A DNA stretch of 64,000 nucleotides, taken from assembly GCA_016930485.1 (NCBI GenBank), contig JAFGGP010000035.1, positions 16,625 to 80,624 on the forward strand. The letters are read 5' to 3'. The DNA comes from Candidatus Omnitrophota bacterium (lineage in GTDB: Bacteria; Omnitrophota; Gorgyraeia; JAFGGP01). Positions 1 through 8,802 of this stretch are shown here, piece by piece; the first letter of the stretch is position 1, and each line of letters starts with the position of its first letter. Both the position numbers and the translations under genes were made by a program. Below the pieces are notes generated by a model. That model ran no database searches. It was not told the DNA's origin and saw only the letters and a program-made list of their open reading frames with translations.

Positions 1-1762
1 GGGAGACACCTTCACCGCCGAGCGAAATAGTGATAATCCGTGCGCCGTTATTCGCCGCGTAGCGGAGCGCCCTGAAGACAGCAAGGCTATCCGGCAGATT
101 TTTCGCATCACCTGCCTTGAGCGGCATAATAACAGCGCCGGGATTTATCCCGGCCATACCGATGCCGTTGTTGGTCTTTGCCGCAACGATGCCCGCGACA
201 AACGTCCCATGCCCCTTGGTGTCGGTCAGATCGTTATTTTCATCGAGAAAGTTCCAGCCGTGGATATCATCGATATAGCCGTTTCCGTCGTCGTCGATGC
301 CGTTATCCGGGATTTCACCGGGGTTGGTCCAGACATGCGCCGGTCCGTCGGGATGCGTCATATCAAGCCCGGAATCAATTAACGCGACAACAACGTTTTT
401 CTCCGAGCCGTCTTCTATGTTCCAGGCCGAATCCGCATTGATGCGGGGGGTAAAACCGATTCTCCTGAGCGCCCACTGGTCGTGAACCTCGGCAGGACCG
501 CCCGAACTCTTGCCGATACTAAAGCCTCCAAACCCGATCGCAAGCCCCTTGCCCCCGGAAGATCTGTTGCCGCCTCTCAGATATAGGGGGTCATCGGGAT
601 CGACCGAAGGGTCCTGATATTCCCTGCAGTAGACCTCCTCAAGAAAATACACCCCGCCTAACGCCAGCCCGATCTTAAACCAGTTTTTATCTATTTTTCC
701 CGATGCGAGATCACTGGCGAGCTGCCGGGTTACCTCATCGAATTCTTTCTGAGTCAAGCCGAGCCTGAGCATTATGACTGTCTGCGGACGCCATCCAGCA
801 GGAATCTGTGCCCGCTCTCTGGTCCTGCCGTCACCGGCGATGTCATAACTAAAGCTCACGCGGGGGGCAATCTCTGAAAAGTTGCCGGCAGACGGCACCG
901 TAGCAGAGGCCTCCTCTGACCCGTAAGCCGCATCCTGCGGCGCAACGTTGATAAATGTGCCACCCGAATGAACCCCTGCAGTATGTTCGGCGCCCGAAGC
1001 CTGTTCTGCGAATCTCTGAAATTGATCCGGCTGGGAAGTTTGGGGGGGCGTCTCTTTTGAGGTATCCGGCAGAGACGCATCCTCTGTATCCTGAGCCGCT
1101 GCAGTCTGCGGCGTCTCTACCGCATCCTGCTCCACCTTTATCAAATCAACCGGCCTGTCGGTAGGAACCACGATATCACTCCCAGAGCTGTCAAGCGCAT
1201 AGCCGGAATTAACCGTTACCCCTCCGGGGGTGCCCGGCGTCTCCTTTAGGTCGAGTCCGCAGATAATGCCGCTCCCCTGTGGCTGGAATCGTCTCAGCCG
1301 GTTCTTGTCTACTACATAGCCAACGAGCATGGTCAGATCGTCTTCGGTCAGGAGTTGACCCTTAAAAAAGCGCGGTAACTCGGTATTGAGCGAATCCCGG
1401 CAGGCCGTCCCGAGTGTCTGCTGGGCCGAGTCAGGGTCTGTTTTGGCATCTTTTTTCGTGACCACGCCGGTAACCGTGCCACACTGGTCATAGACAACGA
1501 GCGCCTCGCTGCTGCCCCTGCCGCCATAGGCGATGACCGGGCCGCACAGGCCGATCTTTTCGCCCGGGTGTTCACGGTCGGTCGGCGCGGGTTTGGGGGG
1601 CTTAGCTACCGGGTCGATGTCATCCCAGTTAACGCTGTCCTTGGGGTTTTTATGGGTCAGGTCCATGCCAGACCAGTTCGGGTCTTCCGCATACGCCAAA
1701 AGAAAACTCAGCCCGACTCCCGCAAAAACACAAACAGCTACTCTATGCGCCTGTCTTTTCAT
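1..1762 (-). CDS. Subtilisin-like (S8) serine peptidase, N-terminal ~587 codons; the 3' end lies beyond the window edge
   Basis: Absent from the ORF track because it runs off the edge. My translation from ATG at 1762 gives MKRQAHRVAVCVFAGVGLSFLLAYAED (signal peptide). It continues to VVVALIDSGLD (Asp box) and DTKGHGTFVAGIVAA (His box) and stays open to position 1. Confidence 0.8.
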   Translation of the reverse strand, partial: MKRQAHRVAVCVFAGVGLSFLLAYAEDPNWSGMDLTHKNPKDSVNWDDIDPVAKPPKPAPTDREHPGEKIGLCGPVIAYGGRGSSEALVVYDQCGTVTGVVTKKDAKTDPDSAQQTLGTACRDSLNTELPRFFKGQLLTEDDLTMLVGYVVDKNRLRRFQPQGSGIICGLDLKETPGTPGGVTVNSGYALDSSGSDIVVPTDRPVDLIKVEQDAVETPQTAAAQDTEDASLPDTSKETPPQTSQPDQFQRFAEQASGAEHTAGVHSGGTFINVAPQDAAYGSEEASATVPSAGNFSEIAPRVSFSYDIAGDGRTRERAQIPAGWRPQTVIMLRLGLTQKEFDEVTRQLASDLASGKIDKNWFKIGLALGGVYFLEEVYCREYQDPSVDPDDPLYLRGGNRSSGGKGLAIGFGGFSIGKSSGGPAEVHDQWALRRIGFTPRINADSAWNIEDGSEKNVVVALIDSGLDMTHPDGPAHVWTNPGEIPDNGIDDDGNGYIDDIHGWNFLDENNDLTDTKGHGTFVAGIVAAKTNNGIGMAGINPGAVIMPLKAGDAKNLPDSLAVFRALRYAANNGARIITISLGGEGVS

Positions 1763-1849
1763 GATACCCCCTGCTTTTTAAAGATCTAACACAATAAAAA
1801 CCTGTTTTTTTATGGTACGGGATGTGCGGTATACGATGTGTATATTTCT

Positions 1850-2404
1850 TTATTTCACGGATGCCTTAATAATCTTCTGCTCGAGAAGGGGGCGATTGGA
1901 TGAATCGGTCTCTGCACAGTCGATCTTCTGGACTATCTCATATCCTGAGATGACCTCGCCGAAAATAGTATGTCGCATATTAAGCCATGGCGCCTTGGCC
2001 ACGGTAATAAAAAACTGACTGCCGTTGGTGTTGGGGCCTGCGTTTGCCATGGCAAGCAGACCGGGCCTGTTAAAAGTAATGTCGGGACGCACCTCATCTT
2101 CGAATGGCCGGCCCCAGAGAGACGCACCTCCCCTGCCGGTTCCGGTGGGGTCACCCCCCTGAATCATAAAATTGTTGATGACCCGGTGAAAGATAATACC
2201 GTCATAATACCCCTGCTTGATAAGACCGATAAAATTCTCGCATGCCCTGGGCGCCACCTGTGGCATCAGCCTGATCTTTATAACGCCCTGATTCGTCTCA
2301 AGGACCACTACAGGACCGGCCGCTGACCGGATTTCATCGGCATGCACCAGAATAACAGAAGACAGACACAAAAATACCGCACAGAGCACGATTATACGTT
2401 TCAT
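1850..2404 (-). CDS. Cyclophilin-type peptidyl-prolyl cis-trans isomerase, secreted
   Basis: Track ORF 1850..2587 has the cyclophilin core FHRVINNFMIQGGDPTGTGRGG...GSQFFIT. I start it at the internal ATG 2404 (MKRIIVLCAVFLCLSSVILVHA signal peptide, AAGGGGG SD just upstream). The longer form would overlap the upstream gene. Confidence 0.9.
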   Translation of the reverse strand: MKRIIVLCAVFLCLSSVILVHADEIRSAAGPVVVLETNQGVIKIRLMPQVAPRACENFIGLIKQGYYDGIIFHRVINNFMIQGGDPTGTGRGGASLWGRPFEDEVRPDITFNRPGLLAMANAGPNTNGSQFFITVAKAPWLNMRHTIFGEVISGYEIVQKIDCAETDSSNRPLLEQKIIKASVK

Positions 2405-2432
2405 GGCACCCCCTTCTAAAGGAGTCAGAGCA

Positions 2433-3923
2433 TCAGACGCTGCGTGTGCGCGTTTTTGCCCAGGCCCGTAATGATTCGACGGCCTCTTTTCGAAGAACGG
2501 CCAATGGCTTTGTTTCGTGGATCTGCCTGAGAATGTGGCGGGAGGCGAGTTTTTCCCTGCTGCCTGTAGACCGGTAGAGCGCGGCAATAATAGCCTGCTC
2601 TATCTCGGCACCGCTAAAATCAACCGCCTCATCTGCAAGCCGGTCATACTCAAGGTCTGCGGGATTGAGTCCTCGCTTTTTGAGATGTATGAAAAAAAGT
2701 TCCTTGCGCGTCTCCGGATCCGGAAGATCGACAAAAAAGACCTCGTCAAAACGCCCCTTTCGTAAAAATTCAGGGGGCAGACGATGGACATCGTTGGCGG
2801 TTGCCGCTAAAAAACAGCCGGCCTTTCTCTCCTGCATCCATGTTAAAAACAGCCCGAAGACCCGCTGGGAGACTCCTCCGTCGGCACGTGAATCCATGCC
2901 GGAAAAGGCCTTTTCTATCTCATCAATCCATAAACACAGAGGCGACAGCTTCTCAACGATATTCAGCGCCCTTCTTAAATTCTGCTCTGTCTCCCCGATA
3001 TAAGAACTGTATAGTTTTCCGATGTCGAGACGGTAAAGAGGGATCTTAAGTTCGCGGGCAATAACCTTGACGGCAAGACTCTTGCCGCAGCCCTGTACCC
3101 CCATCAGCAAAACCCCTTTCGGTGCCGGCAGGGCCGAAGAATCAACCGATTCAAAACTCGTACTGCGTTCGGCGATCCATTGTTTCAAATTGGGAAACCC
3201 GGCGATACTTCCCTTGTCCTCCGTAGTGCAGAACTCGAGCAGCCCCTCCTGATCGAACAGCTTTCTCTTGTAGTTCTCAATCGCCTCCATATCGTTTATA
3301 TTCAGGACGCCGTCGTCAATAACGCTGCGGGTAATAACATTTCTGATCTGTTGCCGCGACAATCCCTTGAGTATCCGGAATAACTTGTGGGTCTCCTCAG
3401 TATCCAGTGAAACACATATCTTCCTGTTATGGCGTGAGATATCCCGCATCGTTTCGGCAATAACCTGTTTTATCTCCTCCTCGGAAGGATAACCTCCCTG
3501 GATATGTGCCGTATCCGTCTCGATGTCTTGAGGAATGGTGTAGCGCGGCGCCAGAATGACGACGGTATCCCGTCTGTTGCGTACGCAGTTAAGGACATCC
3601 TTAAAAAGACGGAGGGTCACGGGTTCTTCCAGATATTTTTCAAAGTCCTTTAGCACATACAGCCCGGGGGGCACATCCTTTGACTCAACAAGTGCCACGA
3701 CCATCTTGAGCGCCTTGTGCGGTTCCGCAGTCTGATAATACGGGCCTTCGCTGTCCTGTTTTCGAAGTCCTTCAGTGACCGACCACCAATAATATATCAG
3801 TCCCCCGCTGCGGGCGATCTCCCGGAGCTCTGTCAACGCATACTCTTCATCGATCGATTCATAAAAAATCAGCGGATATCTTGATTTGATTAAGAGGGCT
3901 ATCTCTTCGCCTACCGACGACAT
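2433..3923 (-). CDS. Ycf46-like AAA+ ATPase
   Basis: Walker A GVQGCGKS, Walker B LWIDEIEKAF, and an N-terminus MSSVGEEIALLIKSRYPLIFYES typical of Ycf46-type proteins. The start at ATG 3923 avoids overlap with rsmA. Confidence 0.8.
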   Translation of the reverse strand: MSSVGEEIALLIKSRYPLIFYESIDEEYALTELREIARSGGLIYYWWSVTEGLRKQDSEGPYYQTAEPHKALKMVVALVESKDVPPGLYVLKDFEKYLEEPVTLRLFKDVLNCVRNRRDTVVILAPRYTIPQDIETDTAHIQGGYPSEEEIKQVIAETMRDISRHNRKICVSLDTEETHKLFRILKGLSRQQIRNVITRSVIDDGVLNINDMEAIENYKRKLFDQEGLLEFCTTEDKGSIAGFPNLKQWIAERSTSFESVDSSALPAPKGVLLMGVQGCGKSLAVKVIARELKIPLYRLDIGKLYSSYIGETEQNLRRALNIVEKLSPLCLWIDEIEKAFSGMDSRADGGVSQRVFGLFLTWMQERKAGCFLAATANDVHRLPPEFLRKGRFDEVFFVDLPDPETRKELFFIHLKKRGLNPADLEYDRLADEAVDFSGAEIEQAIIAALYRSTGSREKLASRHILRQIHETKPLAVLRKEAVESLRAWAKTRTRSV

Positions 3924-3939
3924 AGCTAACCTTTTTCGA

Positions 3940-4818
3940 TTACTGCCTTCTCCGGTTGTGTTTTGTGAAAAAATAATCCGCGAGCCGGGCAAGCTCCTCT
4001 ATGCTGAAGCTTTCGGCACGGCGCGTTGGGTCCAGTCCGCAGCGCTCGAAGACGGTCCTCAGCATATCCCTGTCAAGGCCGAGAAACGGTTTTGTCGAGA
4101 GGGCATTCAGTATGTTCTTTCGCCTTGCCGAAAAAGCACACTTCACCAGTTCAAAAAAGAGCGCCTCATCCTTTACGCAAACCGGCAGCTCCTCATGGAA
4201 GAGTATCTCGATAAAGGCAGAGCGGACATCAGGGGCCGGATAGAATGCCTCTGGCGGGATCGTCGCCAGGAGCGTAAGCTCGGCATAAAACTGAAGAAAA
4301 ACGCTCAGGCGACCATACAGGCGAGACCCCTCTGCCGTACTCAATCGCTTCGCTACCTCGTGCTGCAACGTCAGATATGCCGATTTTATGATATTCCGGT
4401 GATCAACCAGATGTTCCAAGATAGGGGTGGTAATGTAATACGGCAGGTTTCCGAACACAATAATTTTATCTCTGACGATATTATGTTTGTTTAGGAAGCT
4501 CCTAATGTCAAACGATAAAATATCGGTATTAAGAATATGCAGGTTGGTGTAATGGGCAAACTGCTGCTGGAGAATTTTGCAGAACTGGATATCCTTCTCA
4601 ACCGCGATAAGCGTCCCGGCCCGCTCAAGGAGAGACTCGGTAAGATTTCCTAAACCAGGACCGATCTCAAGAAGGACGTCCTCGCGGGTCGCCGGTATGC
4701 ACTGCAAAATTTTATCCTGGTAGTGTGGATCGACGAGAAAATTCTGCCCAAGCCCTTTTTTGGGAAAGAGGTTGTGCTGGGAAAGCACGTCTTTGACCTG
4801 TTTCTTGCTCGGTGCCAT
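3940..4818 (-). CDS. rsmA: 16S rRNA (adenine1518/1519-N6)-dimethyltransferase
   Basis: GQNFLVD motif and SAM-binding EIGPGLGNLT. The track start at 4824 is GTG. ATG at 4818 has an AAGGTGA SD 5 nt upstream. Confidence 0.93.
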   Translation of the reverse strand: MAPSKKQVKDVLSQHNLFPKKGLGQNFLVDPHYQDKILQCIPATREDVLLEIGPGLGNLTESLLERAGTLIAVEKDIQFCKILQQQFAHYTNLHILNTDILSFDIRSFLNKHNIVRDKIIVFGNLPYYITTPILEHLVDHRNIIKSAYLTLQHEVAKRLSTAEGSRLYGRLSVFLQFYAELTLLATIPPEAFYPAPDVRSAFIEILFHEELPVCVKDEALFFELVKCAFSARRKNILNALSTKPFLGLDRDMLRTVFERCGLDPTRRAESFSIEELARLADYFFTKHNRRRQ

Positions 4819-4918
4819 ACTCACCTTAAGGGTATCAGTTACACAAGCCGACAGAACGAAAACTTGGCATACAACAGGCAGGGTTGTTTTATTTTACCAG
4901 AGGGAGATTGAAAAATCA

Positions 4919-5947
4919 CTATCCTTTTTCGGAAGAGAGCACCATTCTTCGAGCAAGCATAATGGCCGCCTTCATCGATCCTGCACGCGCCCTGTTTGTT
5001 CCCGCAATGTCAAAGGCCGTACCGTGATCCGGCGAAGTACGCACAAAAGGCAGGCCAAGCGTAACATTTACGCCCGTATCCCGCGCCACCATCTTAAACG
5101 GTGTGAGCCCCTGATCGTGATACATCGCGATAACGGCGTCGCAGCCGCCGTGGTAGGCTCGGTAAAACGCGGATTCGGAAGGAAGCGGTCCCGTTATCAA
5201 GGCACGCGGATAGCGCCGCGACACCCTCTCGATGGCAGGAATAATCCTTGTTGCCTCCTCGCCTCCGAAAAGCGCCCCCTCGCCGGCATGGGGATTCAGA
5301 CCGCATACACACACCTGCGGCCTCGATATACCAAAGTATTGTTCAAGACCGTCGAGTGTCTGCTCGAGCGTCCGGGCAATGCGGCCGACTGTGAGGGCTC
5401 CGGGAACCCGCTGTAAGGCGAGGTGCCTTGTTACCAGCGCAAGCCTCATCCTCCGGGAGATAAACATCATGCTCACAAACCGGGCCTGTGCGAGAGCGGC
5501 CAGATACTCGGTGTGTCCCTCCATGGGGACACCTGCCTTATGCATCGCCTCTTTCGATATCGGCCCGGTCACCAATGCATCACAGATGCCATCCAGGCAC
5601 AGGCGCGCCCCACAGTCAATATATCTCTTTGCTGCACGGGCAGCCGTCGTCTGAACCCCTGTATACGTAACGGCTTCTACCGAGGGAGACGGGACATCAA
5701 GCAGAAACAGGCCCTCCCGGACCGAGGCAATCTGGCGGCGGTCTCTCAGCAGTCTTGCCGGATACAACAGGCCAATCCGCCTCCCGAGACGCCTCAGATG
5801 TCGGGCACTGCCGATAATAATAAAGGCCGTCCTTCTGTTTCGTCTGACCCCCGCCAACGCCTTCAGGGTAACCTCGGGGCCGATTCCGGCGGGGTCACCC
5901 ATGGTCACGACAATCTTACAGTTCTCTCTTGATTTCGATATAGGCAT
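4919..5947 (-). CDS. pdxA: 4-hydroxythreonine-4-phosphate dehydrogenase
   Basis: VTMGDPAGIGPE N-terminal motif, HTEYLA, and SPDHGTAFDIAG near the C-terminus. Confidence 0.93.
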   Translation of the reverse strand: MPISKSRENCKIVVTMGDPAGIGPEVTLKALAGVRRNRRTAFIIIGSARHLRRLGRRIGLLYPARLLRDRRQIASVREGLFLLDVPSPSVEAVTYTGVQTTAARAAKRYIDCGARLCLDGICDALVTGPISKEAMHKAGVPMEGHTEYLAALAQARFVSMMFISRRMRLALVTRHLALQRVPGALTVGRIARTLEQTLDGLEQYFGISRPQVCVCGLNPHAGEGALFGGEEATRIIPAIERVSRRYPRALITGPLPSESAFYRAYHGGCDAVIAMYHDQGLTPFKMVARDTGVNVTLGLPFVRTSPDHGTAFDIAGTNRARAGSMKAAIMLARRMVLSSEKG

Positions 5948-6881
5948 CTTTTTTGAGTTCGTCTATCCATTCACGATAGCGTTTTTCATACCGTTGCTTA
6001 TATAACATCCTTTGTATTACTGGCTCAACATCCTTGAATTCCGCGGGTTCGGGCCTGGTCACTTCCACAAGCTGTATCAGATGACAGCCCAGGTCTGTAT
6101 CAATAACCCCCGAGACCTCACCGGGGTTAAGCGTTGCAAGGACATCGCTGAGTTCCTTTTTGAGGCTCCCTGCCTTTAGATTCCTCACCAGACCGCCGTT
6201 CTCCTTATTTGCCCCGTCCGAATACTCCATGGCCATTTCTTCAAAACTGACTCCCGCAACACAAGAGGCAAGAATGTCTTCACAAACGGCCCGCGCCTCC
6301 TGACGGGTTCTGTTCTCCGCCACCTTGACGACAATATGCCGGATAGTATACTCGGCATCTTTCTTTGTCATCGTGTCTTTATGTTTCTGGTAATAGTCAA
6401 AGATATCGGTGTGAGTCACCGACACGCGCGCGTTGACCGCCGCCTGCACCAGGCGCTCTATCATCATCCGCTCCTTATAGCGCTGTTCAAGCTGCTTAAG
6501 CGAAAGCCCCTCTTCCTGCAACCTCTCTTTAAAGACCTTCTCGGAAGGAAACTTATCCCGTACCGACTGCATCTTTTCGGAGAGCTCCATATCACCGATG
6601 GGCACATCGAGTTTCTTGGCCTTTTCTAAAATCAGCTGATTTTCGATCAAGACCTCGAGTGAGCGCCTTCGCGCCTCGGCAAGTTTCTTTTCTAACTCAT
6701 CGCCCGTGTAAATCCGGCTCAACCTCTCCTTTTGCGGGGCAAAGGTCTGTTCAAGTTCGCGAAACGTAATGACCTCGTCATTCACAATGGCCACCACCTC
6801 ATCGGCTGTCTCTGCCGTACTGGCGGAGACGAACAGAAAGAGCATACAACACCACAACAGAATGAGGGCCGTCTTTTTCAT
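5916..6881 (-). CDS. surA: SurA-like periplasmic chaperone / parvulin PPIase
   Basis: Signal peptide, SurA_N-like helical region, and one PpiC/parvulin domain (IRHIVV...GGLVRNLKAGSL). The surA-pdxA-rsmA order matches the classical E. coli operon. Confidence 0.7.
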   Translation of the reverse strand: MKKTALILLWCCMLFLFVSASTAETADEVVAIVNDEVITFRELEQTFAPQKERLSRIYTGDELEKKLAEARRRSLEVLIENQLILEKAKKLDVPIGDMELSEKMQSVRDKFPSEKVFKERLQEEGLSLKQLEQRYKERMMIERLVQAAVNARVSVTHTDIFDYYQKHKDTMTKKDAEYTIRHIVVKVAENRTRQEARAVCEDILASCVAGVSFEEMAMEYSDGANKENGGLVRNLKAGSLKKELSDVLATLNPGEVSGVIDTDLGCHLIQLVEVTRPEPAEFKDVEPVIQRMLYKQRYEKRYREWIDELKKDAYIEIKREL

Positions 6882-8800
6882 AGTTTACTCTCCGCAATCG
6901 GTTGTTTCTTTTCCCGCCTCAAATGATGTATCGCCTCCCGCAACAGCCGGCAATACAAATCAAAGCCGACCGAGCTGATAAAGCCGTGTTGCTGGGGCCC
7001 CAGGAGGTTCCCCGCGCCTCGTATCTGAAGATCTTCCATGGCAATTTTAAACCCGGCCCCCAACTCTGTGTGTCTCTGAATAGCGTCCAGACGCCTCTGG
7101 GAGTCCCCTGTCAATGCGGAACCGGGGGAAAGCAAAAAATAGGCGTATGCCTTTCTGGTAAACCGGCCGACACGCCCTCTCAACTGATATAAATCGGCCA
7201 ATCCGAACTGATCGGCAGGATACACAATCAGGGTATTCGCGTTAGGGATATCGATGCCCGACTGAACGATCTGGGTCGACAAAAGAACGCGTATCTCCCC
7301 GGCGATAAATCCGAGCATAACCTCTTCAAGCGCCCGCGAGGGCATCTGTCCGTGAGCCACGGCAATACGCACCCCGGGAATAAGACGCTCGAGAAGGCGC
7401 GCCAGTTTGCCCAGTGACCTCACCCGGTTATGCACAAAAAATATTTGACCGCCCCGCCGCAGCTCACGTTTGATAGCCTGCTGTATAAGCAGCTCGTTAA
7501 AATCGGCGATACGCGTGGCAACCGGCATGCGGGCCTCGGGCGGGGTGTTGATAATCGACATATCCTTAACGCCAGAGAGTGACATATAGAGCGTCCGGGG
7601 GATCGGTGTGGCACTCAAGGTCAGCACATCCACCACCAGCCGCATCCTCTTGAGTGTTTCCTTGTCCTTGACCCCGAAACGCTGCTCCTCATCAATAATC
7701 ACCAGCCCGAGATCCTTAAACGAGACATCACCGCTTAAGAGACGATGGGTGCCGATAATAATATCGACCCTTCCCTCCTTCAGGTCGCGCAGAATATTCG
7801 TCTGGGCCACCGGCGTCTTAAACCGCGAGAGCATCTCAACCCTGACGGGAAAATGCTCAACGCGTCTTTCGAACGTTGCGTAATGCTGTTCGGCGAGAAT
7901 CGTCGTCGGAACCAGAATGGCTACCTGTTTTCCACTTATGACCGCCTTAAAGGCCGCCCGCATAGCCACCTCGGTTTTGCCATACCCCACATCTCCCAAT
8001 AAAAGGCGGTCCATCGGCCGCACCGACTCCATATCTTTTTTAACCTCGTACATCGCCTGTCGCTGGCCGAGTGTCTCGGTAAACGGAAATTCACTCTCAA
8101 AGGCACGCTGCCATTCAGTGTCCTTGGCAAAAGAAAAACCTTTCATTACCCCCCGCGTCGCCTCAAGCTCCAAGATATCGTGGGCATACCTATAGACCCC
8201 TTCTTTGGCGCGGGACTTCACCCGCTGCCAGAGTTTGGAGCCCAGTTTGTAGAGTTTTGGCCTGCTGCCCTCAAAGGCAATGTACTTCTGGATAAGATGC
8301 AGCTGATCCGAAGGAACGTACAGCGTATCATTGCCTTCGTACTGAATAACCATGTGGGATTTTTTTTCTCCGTCGGTACCCAACCTCCTCATCCCTAGAT
8401 ACCTGCCGATTCCATGCCTCACGTGAACCACATAATCGCCCTTCCTGAGATCGACAAAGGTATCTATCGGCACCTCTTCGGCGGCACCACCCATCGGCAG
8501 ATCAAACCGCCTTTTTCGCACCGATCTGACCGGCAGTAAAATAATGCCTTCGTGCGTCTCAAACATATCGCCGGTCACCGGATTAAAACTCCTGATGGAC
8601 TCTACAACATCGCCATCGAGCTCTATACGCACCGGAGACTGAAAGTCGGGCGGATACACATCGATAAGGCTTCCCCGGTGGGCATAGTCACCCTGCTCGC
8701 CAACCTGATCGGCATGACGATACCCAAGGTCCTCCAGCATGCTACATGTTTCTTTAGGGGAAAGGTGCTGTCGCTTGAGAATCTGAAGCGTTTTGAACAT
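6878..8800 (-). CDS. mfd: Transcription-repair coupling factor, short form (about 640 aa)
   Basis: CarD-like RNAP-interaction domain GDYVVHVRHGIGRYLG, SF2 helicase motifs LLGDVGYGKTEVAMRAAF, DEEQRFG, TATPIPRT, and QLRGRVGR. ATG 8800 directly follows the argS stop (8803). The stop overlaps the surA start as ATGA. Confidence 0.88.
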   Translation of the reverse strand: MFKTLQILKRQHLSPKETCSMLEDLGYRHADQVGEQGDYAHRGSLIDVYPPDFQSPVRIELDGDVVESIRSFNPVTGDMFETHEGIILLPVRSVRKRRFDLPMGGAAEEVPIDTFVDLRKGDYVVHVRHGIGRYLGMRRLGTDGEKKSHMVIQYEGNDTLYVPSDQLHLIQKYIAFEGSRPKLYKLGSKLWQRVKSRAKEGVYRYAHDILELEATRGVMKGFSFAKDTEWQRAFESEFPFTETLGQRQAMYEVKKDMESVRPMDRLLLGDVGYGKTEVAMRAAFKAVISGKQVAILVPTTILAEQHYATFERRVEHFPVRVEMLSRFKTPVAQTNILRDLKEGRVDIIIGTHRLLSGDVSFKDLGLVIIDEEQRFGVKDKETLKRMRLVVDVLTLSATPIPRTLYMSLSGVKDMSIINTPPEARMPVATRIADFNELLIQQAIKRELRRGGQIFFVHNRVRSLGKLARLLERLIPGVRIAVAHGQMPSRALEEVMLGFIAGEIRVLLSTQIVQSGIDIPNANTLIVYPADQFGLADLYQLRGRVGRFTRKAYAYFLLSPGSALTGDSQRRLDAIQRHTELGAGFKIAMEDLQIRGAGNLLGPQQHGFISSVGFDLYCRLLREAIHHLRREKKQPIAESKL

Positions 8801-8802
8801 AA

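Noticed and set aside
2405-2587. N-terminal 61-aa extension of the cyclophilin ORF
   Set aside because: It overlaps the 3' end of the upstream AAA ATPase gene. The internal ATG at 2404 has an SD and yields a clean signal peptide.
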